A DNA stretch of 6,278 nucleotides, from positions 1-6,278 of the forward strand of contig SHMX01000018.1 of NCBI GenBank assembly GCA_008080745.1, given 5' to 3'. The notes beneath the pieces are model-generated. The model ran no database searches, was not told the DNA's origin, and saw only the letters and a list, made by a program, of their open reading frames with translations. Source of the stretch: Candidatus Thorarchaeota archaeon (GTDB taxonomy: Archaea > Asgardarchaeota > Thorarchaeia > Thorarchaeales > Thorarchaeaceae). Made by a program: the position numbers and the translations under genes. Positions 1 to 5,504 of the stretch are shown here, in pieces (positions within the stretch are counted from its first letter, which is position 1; every line of letters begins with the position of its first letter).

Positions 1-34
1 GTACTCAAAACACTACCTCATCGAAAGCCATGCC

Positions 35-65
35 GGCCCCTCTCCCACGGACGGGGAGAGGGGCC
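35..65. repeat. Perfect 12-bp GC-rich hairpin (REP-like palindrome / possible transcript 3'-end stem-loop)
   Basis: GGCCCCTCTCCC (35-46) and GGGAGAGGGGCC (54-65) are exact reverse complements around a 7-nt loop, 27 nt downstream of the MttB-A stop. No U-tract directly follows on the minus-strand transcript, so it is not a textbook intrinsic terminator. Confidence 0.75.
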
Positions 66-92
66 ATGAGAAAGCAAGACACTGCCTCTGAA

Positions 93-1610
93 CTATACGA
101 ACATCTCTACGTCGAGCTCTTCGTCCTTGTGGCGCTCGTCGGCGAGCTCGCAGATCTGCCGCAGTTCCTTGTACATCTCCTCGTCCAGCAGCGGCTCGAC
201 CTCGGCCTCCAGGAGCTCGATCGTGCGCTCGTGGACGCGTTCCTGATAGGTCTTGGCGCCCGCCTTCTGCCAGTCGTTCCAGTCCCGCCGGTCGGACAGC
301 TTGGGCCGCCAGATCTCGGTCTTGAAGCGGTCGTAGGTGTGGTCGTGGGCCAGGTAGTGGCCGCCGGGACCCACCTCGTCCATGACGTTGAGGGCCATCG
401 ACTCGTCGGTGACGGGGATGCCGCGCAGGATGCGCTTGGTGCGGTCGATGATCTCGTCCGAGGCGACCAACATCTCGGGGCAGCTCGTCAGCCCCTGCTC
501 GATGTAGCCCACGTCGTGGATCATGTTCCCGCCGATCAGGCCAGCGGTGGTGATGTTGAAGGTGGCCTCCATCAGCGCCTGCTCGTCGAAGATCTTGGTG
601 TCGGAGCAGCCGGCCGTCTCGTACTCGGGCACGCGGAGCCACTTGGTGATGTCGGTGTAGGCCGCGCTGAGCAGCGCCATCTCCGGCGAGCCGTAGCAGT
701 AGACGGAGGTCTTCATATCCATGTTCGACATCAGGCCACCGATGATGACCTGGGAGCCCGGCTTGCGGAGCTGGCTGAGGACGATGCCGAAGAGGCTCTC
801 GGTGAGGGCCTGCACGGCGGTGCCGGCCAGGGTGCAAGGCGCGGTGGCGCCGGCCAGGGGGCAGGGGGTGTAGACGAAGGGGATGTCGTTGTCGCAGCAG
901 AAGAGAAGCTTCTGCACCACCTCTTCGGAGTGGCTCAGGGGCGAGACCGGCTCGATGTAGAGGGAGAACGCCGGGGCCTTCTTCCACTCCTCCTTGCCGC
1001 CGAGGCGGATATAGGCCATCTCCAGCTGGTCCTTGAGGCCCTCGATGTCGACGGCGGTGATGTTGATCGGCTTGTTGGTGCCTTCCAGCATGGCCAGGTA
1101 CTGCCAGCGGTCGTAGGTGCCGACAGCGGTGTCCTGGGTAATGCCCAGGGACATGAAGAAGTCGATGTTGGGCAGGGCCTGGGCCAGCTTGGCGAAGTTC
1201 TTGACGTCCTTGTAGGTAGCGCGACGGCGCTCACCATTGTAGGGGTCGAGGGTGAAGGGGGTGTCGGAGCCGGTGCCGTAGTAGATCTGGTTCTTGTAGA
1301 GATCCATCACGTACTTCCGCTCCCCGTCCTTGTCGGGGGGGCCGGTGACGACCACCCGCTCGGGCAGCGTGGAGCGCGCTTTGTCCACCATCCAGGAGGG
1401 GATCTTGACCAGACTGCTCTTTTCGGTGGTATCTTCAACGATCGCACCGTGGGAGTACGCCAGCTCTACCCCCTCCTCCTCGTAGACGCGAACGCCCGTC
1501 TCAGCCAGCACCCGCAGGGCCGAGTAGTAGATCGCCTCGATCTCGTCCTCGGTAAGGATCTGCAGGGTGGGCGTAGCGTTCACCTGATAATTGGTCTTTC
1601 TTACCTGCAT
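93..1610 (-). CDS. mttB: MttB-superfamily (trimethylamine methyltransferase family) corrinoid methyltransferase, non-pyrrolysine, paralog A; 505 aa
   Basis: Family motifs: N-terminal LT-x-DEI-x-x-I...L-x-ETGV-x-V, EPVSPL, GATAPCTLAG, MDMKT...YGSPE, AGCSDTK..DEQA, HDVGY, VGPGGHYL...HT, DR..W..W...G. AGGAG Shine-Dalgarno 8 nt upstream. Ends in TAG. The symbol names the family only; substrate unknown. Confidence 0.95.
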   Translation of the reverse strand: MQVRKTNYQVNATPTLQILTEDEIEAIYYSALRVLAETGVRVYEEEGVELAYSHGAIVEDTTEKSSLVKIPSWMVDKARSTLPERVVVTGPPDKDGERKYVMDLYKNQIYYGTGSDTPFTLDPYNGERRRATYKDVKNFAKLAQALPNIDFFMSLGITQDTAVGTYDRWQYLAMLEGTNKPINITAVDIEGLKDQLEMAYIRLGGKEEWKKAPAFSLYIEPVSPLSHSEEVVQKLLFCCDNDIPFVYTPCPLAGATAPCTLAGTAVQALTESLFGIVLSQLRKPGSQVIIGGLMSNMDMKTSVYCYGSPEMALLSAAYTDITKWLRVPEYETAGCSDTKIFDEQALMEATFNITTAGLIGGNMIHDVGYIEQGLTSCPEMLVASDEIIDRTKRILRGIPVTDESMALNVMDEVGPGGHYLAHDHTYDRFKTEIWRPKLSDRRDWNDWQKAGAKTYQERVHERTIELLEAEVEPLLDEEMYKELRQICELADERHKDEELDVEMFV

Positions 1611-1618
1611 GTTCTATT

Positions 1619-1623
1619 CTCCT
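1619..1623 (-). promoter_or_regulatory. Ribosome-binding site of MttB-A
   Basis: AGGAG on the minus strand, 8 nt before the ATG at 1610. Confidence 0.75.
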
Positions 1624-1633
1624 GTTCTTGCGC

Positions 1634-1680
1634 ATGGCGAAGGGCGAAGGCTATGGGCTGCATTCGCCATTCCCATGGGA
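1634..1680. repeat. Composite inverted/direct repeat in the DUF1638-MttB-A spacer
   Basis: ATGGCGAA (1634-1641) / TTCGCCAT (1663-1670) 8-bp inverted repeat; GGCGAAG twice in tandem (1636-1649); perfect 10-bp palindrome TCCCATGGGA (1671-1680). Confidence 0.55.
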
Positions 1681-1700
1681 TATTCTTCCTAGCTCGTCGA

Positions 1701-2426
1701 CTAGCGAACATAGAGATCCTGACGGATCTCGCCGCCGGGAGGGACCACCACGAAGTCGCGCTTGAGCCAACCCGGCACCTCGTGGCCGTTGTTGCTGAGC
1801 AGATGGGCCGCCTCGACCAGGCGCCGGACGTACTCGTCGGAGCCCAGCCGTTCTTCGTAGCAGAATCCCCAGTGCTCGCAGTAACGGGCGACTTGATACG
1901 CCCGTGCCCGGTACTGCCGCAACTCTTCCTCGGTCCGGCCCACCAGCATCAGCCGCTCGTAATGCTGATACTGCTGGTCCATGATCCACTGGGCCTGATC
2001 GGCGCCGTACTTGGCCGCGTACTCCTCGTACTCCTTGAGAGGATCGCTGCCGGACTCGAGCCAGCCCTTGGTCAGGTAGTACGTTCCAGGGACGGCCTTG
2101 AACTCGCGGATGTAGGCCTGGTAGGACCCCAGCAGCAGGGCGATGCAGTCATCGGTGCGGGGCGCCAGCAGCGTATGCTGGCCGGCGCGCAGGCCCTTGA
2201 GGCCGTTTCCGCACAGCCCGTACCCCAGAACGACGAGGCTGGGCGTCTCGATGGCATCGATCATCTCCTGCAGCGTGACGGTCATCTTGGCCGGCACGCG
2301 GTGGAGGCCGTAGTCCATGAAGCTGACCTGGCTGGCCAGGTCCAGTGGCGACAGGCGTTCCAGTTCCTCCTGCAACACCTGGCACGAGATGATGACGACG
2401 GGTAGCCGTTCCGGCGACATCGCCAT
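1701..2426 (-). CDS. DUF1638 domain-containing protein (Cys/His-motif protein of corrinoid methyltransferase clusters); 241 aa
   Basis: Motifs I recall for DUF1638: ISCQVL..EL, YGLH..P, LGYGLCG, PR.DDCI.LLLGS, PGTYYLT.GW. The start may instead be the second Met (ATG at 2420): AGGA lies 10 nt before the first ATG and GAGG 8 nt before the second. Ends in TAG. Confidence 0.85.
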   Translation of the reverse strand: MAMSPERLPVVIISCQVLQEELERLSPLDLASQVSFMDYGLHRVPAKMTVTLQEMIDAIETPSLVVLGYGLCGNGLKGLRAGQHTLLAPRTDDCIALLLGSYQAYIREFKAVPGTYYLTKGWLESGSDPLKEYEEYAAKYGADQAQWIMDQQYQHYERLMLVGRTEEELRQYRARAYQVARYCEHWGFCYEERLGSDEYVRRLVEAAHLLSNNGHEVPGWLKRDFVVVPPGGEIRQDLYVR

Positions 2427-2438
2427 GTCCTCTAGTTC

Positions 2439-3080
2439 CTACGCCGCACCGACGAATTCTTTGGCCAGGTCGGAGCCGGCCGGTGCGTTCGAGCCGTACC
2501 CATCGGCGCCGATCCGCTTGGCGAACTCGGCATCCACGGGGGCGCCGCCGACCATAATCTTGACCTGGTCGCGCAGACCCGCTTCTTCGATGGCCTTGAT
2601 GGTGTGGCCCATGGCCCGCATGGTGGTGGTCAGCATAGCCGACATACCCACCACGTCCGGCTGGTACTCCTTGATGGCCGCGATGAAGTCGGCCGGGGTG
2701 GCGTCGAAGCCGATGTCGATCACCTCGAAGCCGGCGCCCTCGCACATCATGCCGACCAGGTTCTTGCCGATATCGTGCAGGTCGCCCTCCACGGTACCCA
2801 GCATCACCTTGCCGATCAGCTTGACGCCGCTCTCGACCAGACGGGGACGCAGGATCTTCATCGCGGCCTGCATCGCATCGGCCGACATCAGGACCTCCGG
2901 CACGAACATGTCGCCGGCCTTGAAGCGGACGCCGACCTCGCCCATTCCAACGAGGAGACCATTCTGCAGGATCTCCTTCGGGCCGTTGTCCTTATCGAGT
3001 GCTCTCTGTACGTACTTCGGGGCCTTTTCCTCATCCCCTTCCAGAATCGCGGTTGAAATTCGTTCAAATAGACTGCTCAT
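2439..3080 (-). CDS. Corrinoid (cobalamin-binding) methyl-carrier protein, MttC/MtbC/MtgC-like, copy 2; 213 aa
   Basis: N-terminal cap with F-V-P-E-V-L..A.AM, then a B12-binding Rossmann domain with GTVEGDLHDIGKNLV (DxHxxG), GMSAMLTTT and KIMVGGAPV...IGADGY. AAGGA 8 nt upstream. Ends in TAG. Confidence 0.95.
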   Translation of the reverse strand: MSSLFERISTAILEGDEEKAPKYVQRALDKDNGPKEILQNGLLVGMGEVGVRFKAGDMFVPEVLMSADAMQAAMKILRPRLVESGVKLIGKVMLGTVEGDLHDIGKNLVGMMCEGAGFEVIDIGFDATPADFIAAIKEYQPDVVGMSAMLTTTMRAMGHTIKAIEEAGLRDQVKIMVGGAPVDAEFAKRIGADGYGSNAPAGSDLAKEFVGAA

Positions 3081-3088
3081 GGTCGTTT

Positions 3089-3093
3089 TCCTT
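3089..3093 (-). promoter_or_regulatory. Ribosome-binding site of corrinoid protein 2
   Basis: AAGGA on the minus strand, 8 nt before the ATG at 3080. Confidence 0.6.
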
Positions 3094-3118
3094 ATATCCT
3101 CTCTAGTTGCCTAAGGGA

Positions 3119-3199
3119 GCATCCAGAACTAACTTCGTAGTCTCTACGTCGCCTCGTGAGGAGACTCCGTCCTCGAGCTACGAACGTCTTCTTGGATGC
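3119..3199. repeat. 81-nt nested inverted-repeat element (long imperfect stem-loop) between MttB-B and corrinoid protein 2
   Basis: GCATCCA (3119-3125)/TGGATGC (3193-3199) and TTCGTAG (3134-3140)/CTACGAA (3178-3184) are perfect nested 7-bp inverted repeats, joined by GAA/TTC pairing. Further short stems lie inside (AGTCTC/GAGACT, GAGGA/TCCTC). Confidence 0.7.
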
Positions 3200-3202
3200 G
3201 AC

Positions 3203-4666
3203 CTAATCCTTGTCCTTGACCCGTTCCTCGGCTTCCGCGAGGACCTTCTCGATAACCTCCTCCGTCTCCGGATTGACCTTGGAGGGCTGGTGCGTCGCCA
3301 GGATGTCGCGCACGCGAGCGATGGTGCGGTCCTTCATCGTCTGCTGGCCGGTCATGGTCCAGCTCTCGAAATCCTGTCGATCGAGCAGGTTGGGGTACCA
3401 GAACTCGGAGCGGAAGTGGCGGCGGGTGTGGGGCTGCTTCAGGTAGTGGCCGTTGGGGCCCACGTCGTCGATCACGCTCACGGCCAGAGTGTCGTCGTTG
3501 ACCTCGATACCGCGGGTGATGCGCCGGGCGTAGCCGATGGCCTCATCCATCGCGCAGAGCTGGAAGAGCGATCCCGTCATGGCGCTCTCGGTGTAACCGA
3601 CGTCGTGGCAGAGATCGCCACCGGTGAGAGCGGAGAAGAAGACCGAGGTCGAGCCCTCGATCATCGCCTGCCCGTCGAAGGTCTTCGAGTCGGTGCAGCC
3701 GCCCGTCTGCCACAGGGGGAGACCGGCGTAGTGCGCCAGCTCGGTCAGGCCGGCCATGAAGAGGGGCAGCTCCGGCGCGCCGTAGGCCAGGATCATGGTG
3801 TTCATGTCCATCACGGAGAAGACGCCACCCATGATGAAGGGGAGCCCGGGCTGGATCGCCTGGGCCAGGGTCAGGCCCATCCACGACTCGGCCGCGCCCT
3901 GGATGATGATGCCCGCGCCGGTGATCGGCGCCGTGCCACCCGCGATGGGGCAGGGGGTGAAGATCAACGGCACGCGATGCTCGGCAGCGAAGATCAGCTT
4001 GTCGATGGCCTCAGTGGTGCTGACCAGGGGCGAGAGCGGCTCGCAGTAGTGGACGTAGTTAGGACGGCGCTCGAAGGCCTCCTGACCGCCGGCCTCGGCG
4101 ACGGCGATCTCGTGGATGCCGGCCGAGTCGAACTTATCGTAGGACCAGGCCACAATGGGCTTGCTGGTGTTGGGGAACATGCCGGCGAACTCGTAGAGGG
4201 CGCCCAGGTCGTAGTGGACGTCGCTCACGGTGCCCAGCGACTCGCAGAAGTCGATGTTGGGCAGCGCGTCGACCGTCTTGGCGACCAGCGGGACGTCGCT
4301 CTTGGTATACTCGCGGCGTTCCATGCTCTCCACATCGATGAAGTGGGTGCACGTGGGGCCAGGGCCGAAGTGGCCGCGCCCCGGGCTGATGTGGATGTCG
4401 TGCTTGGGATTCCCATCCCGGGCGAAGATCGTGAAGCTACGGGGCGCCTTCTGCAGCGCGTCCCGGACCATATGGGAGGGGAGACGCACCCGGTCCCCCT
4501 CCACCCACGCTCCCGCGTCCTTAAGAATCTCCCGGGCCTCTTCGTGCTTGACCTCGAGGCCGGTATACTCCAACAGATGCAATACGCCCCGGAACATCTC
4601 CTCCAGCTGATCCTGGGAGAACATGTTGAAGCGTACACCTGAGTTCATCACGTAGTTTGTCCTCAT
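3203..4666 (-). CDS. mttB: MttB-superfamily (trimethylamine methyltransferase family) corrinoid methyltransferase, non-pyrrolysine, paralog B; 487 aa
   Basis: Motifs FSQDQLE..F...L.LLE.TGLEV, VRLP...V..AL..AP..F, EPLSPL, GGTAPITGAG, MDMNT...YGAPE, GGCTDSK..DGQA, HDVGY.ES, VGPNGHYL...HT...FRSE, LLDR..FE.W...G. AGGAGG 8 nt upstream. Ends in TAG. The symbol names the family only. Confidence 0.95.
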   Translation of the reverse strand: MRTNYVMNSGVRFNMFSQDQLEEMFRGVLHLLEYTGLEVKHEEAREILKDAGAWVEGDRVRLPSHMVRDALQKAPRSFTIFARDGNPKHDIHISPGRGHFGPGPTCTHFIDVESMERREYTKSDVPLVAKTVDALPNIDFCESLGTVSDVHYDLGALYEFAGMFPNTSKPIVAWSYDKFDSAGIHEIAVAEAGGQEAFERRPNYVHYCEPLSPLVSTTEAIDKLIFAAEHRVPLIFTPCPIAGGTAPITGAGIIIQGAAESWMGLTLAQAIQPGLPFIMGGVFSVMDMNTMILAYGAPELPLFMAGLTELAHYAGLPLWQTGGCTDSKTFDGQAMIEGSTSVFFSALTGGDLCHDVGYTESAMTGSLFQLCAMDEAIGYARRITRGIEVNDDTLAVSVIDDVGPNGHYLKQPHTRRHFRSEFWYPNLLDRQDFESWTMTGQQTMKDRTIARVRDILATHQPSKVNPETEEVIEKVLAEAEERVKDKD

Positions 4667-4674
4667 TTAGAGGG

Positions 4675-4680
4675 CCTCCT
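4675..4680 (-). promoter_or_regulatory. Ribosome-binding site of MttB-B
   Basis: AGGAGG on the minus strand, 8 nt before the ATG at 4666. Confidence 0.85.
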
Positions 4681-4693
4681 TATTCCTGATACC

Positions 4694-4746
4694 GTCGCCG
4701 TGCGACGTTGTCGCCGTACGACGCCGTCGCCGTGCGACGCTGTCGC
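4694..4746. repeat. Tandem array of a 16-bp self-complementary unit, consensus GTCGCCGTRCGACGYY, about 3.3 copies
   Basis: GTCGCCGTGCGACGTT (4694-4709), GTCGCCGTACGACGCC (4710-4725), GTCGCCGTGCGACGCT (4726-4741), GTCGC (4742-4746). Units abut with no spacers. Confidence 0.9.
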
Positions 4747-5387
4747 TATGCGATGCCCGCGAACTCCTTGGCCAGGTCGGCCGCCGAGGCAGCGTTCGAA
4801 GCATAGCCATCGGCGCCGATCTCGTCCGCGAAGGCCTGGGTCACTGGGGCGCCGCCGACCATGATCTTGACCTTGTCCCGCAGACCCGCCTCCTCCAGGG
4901 CCTTGATCGTGTGGCCCATGGCGCGCATGGTGGTGGTCAACAGGGCGGACATACCAACGATCTCCGGCTCGAAGTCCTTGATGGCATCGATGAAGCCCTC
5001 GGGCTCCACGTCCTTGCCGATATCCTTGACCTCGAACCCAGCACCCTCGCACATCATACCGACCAGGTTCTTGCCGATATCGTGCAGGTCACCCTTGACC
5101 GTGCCCAGCAGCACCTTGCCAGCCATCTTGGCGCCGTCTTCGACCAGCAGCGGGCGGATCATCTCCATCGAGGTCTGCATGGCCTTGGCCGAGCGCAGCA
5201 CCTCGGGTACGAACATATTGCCGGCCTTGAACTCGACGCCGACGTGATCCATACCGGCCATCAAGCCATTGTCCAGGATCTCCTGAGCCGAAAGGCCCTC
5301 ATCCAGGGCGTCCTCGGTCAGGAACTCGATCTCGTCGACATCACCTTCGATAACAGCTGTCGCGAGCCCTTCCAGAATATCACTCAT
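4746..5387 (-). CDS. Corrinoid (cobalamin-binding) methyl-carrier protein, MttC/MtbC/MtgC-like, copy 1; 213 aa
   Basis: GTVKGDLHDIGKNLV (DxHxxG), GMSALLTTT, KIMVGGAPV...IGADGY and the cap motif FVPEVL..A.AM. Aligns without gaps to copy 2 at 141/213 identities (hand count). GGAGG 7 nt upstream. Ends in TAG. Confidence 0.95.
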   Translation of the reverse strand: MSDILEGLATAVIEGDVDEIEFLTEDALDEGLSAQEILDNGLMAGMDHVGVEFKAGNMFVPEVLRSAKAMQTSMEMIRPLLVEDGAKMAGKVLLGTVKGDLHDIGKNLVGMMCEGAGFEVKDIGKDVEPEGFIDAIKDFEPEIVGMSALLTTTMRAMGHTIKALEEAGLRDKVKIMVGGAPVTQAFADEIGADGYASNAASAADLAKEFAGIA

Positions 5388-5394
5388 TTTGCTT

Positions 5395-5399
5395 CCTCC
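5395..5399 (-). promoter_or_regulatory. Ribosome-binding site of corrinoid protein 1
   Basis: GGAGG on the minus strand, 7 nt before the ATG at 5387. Confidence 0.8.
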
Positions 5400-5504
5400 A
5401 GAATGGTCTAATCGTTTAGTCGTTCACACACGTACGTTGATCTCTCTATGTTATCGTTCGTTCGCTATTCAACCCTCCTCAAACCGACTACGTCTCGATC
5501 GCGT

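Noticed and set aside
1-19. Start of a further minus-strand gene (GAGGT at 15-19, TTG at 6-8)
   Set aside because: Spacing is plausible but only two codons are visible; cannot be supported without the left flank.
13-987. Alternative-frame minus-strand ORFs (13-987, 935-1237, 1651-1989, 2149-2745, 4663-5052 and others)
   Set aside because: Arg/Pro/Gly/Ala-rich off-frame translations typical of high-GC DNA, fully overlapping real genes. The true frames are intact, so no frameshift is needed.
30-2405. 791-aa plus-strand ORF
   Set aside because: Exactly in register, antisense to MttB-A and DUF1638 (which share a frame). It stays open because the GC-rich sense genes avoid TTA/CTA/TCA codons. No recognisable protein motif.
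3092-3205. PYLIS-like readthrough signal after the MttB-B UAG
   Set aside because: A hairpin does follow the UAG, but the protein is already complete by family alignment. Readthrough would add only 36 low-complexity residues before TAA (3092-3094), out of frame with the next gene.
3107-4642. 511-aa plus-strand ORF, and similar plus-strand ORFs 2604-3056, 4911-5411, 5448-6146, 2317-3114 and 4861-5247
   Set aside because: Antisense shadows of well-supported minus-strand genes; mostly codon-for-codon in register; no family motifs.
93-4666. Pyrrolysine-containing MttB (internal amber codon)
   Set aside because: Both MttB frames are uninterrupted and have TGC (Cys) at the expected Pyl position; no pyl genes in the window.
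4694-4746. Mini CRISPR array
   Set aside because: Units are 16 bp, abut directly with no unique spacers, and no cas genes are present.
2439-5387. Calling the corrinoid proteins metH (methionine synthase)
   Set aside because: Only the cap and B12-binding domains are present (213 aa); no homocysteine, pterin or reactivation domains.
5388-5504. Sigma70 promoter (TTGAAT...TAACAT) or cobalamin riboswitch before corrinoid 1
   Set aside because: The two hexamers are only 13 nt apart; the spacer is too short and lacks B12-box and core riboswitch motifs. A GAGGAGG motif here is 1 nt from a TTG, too close to support a small ORF.
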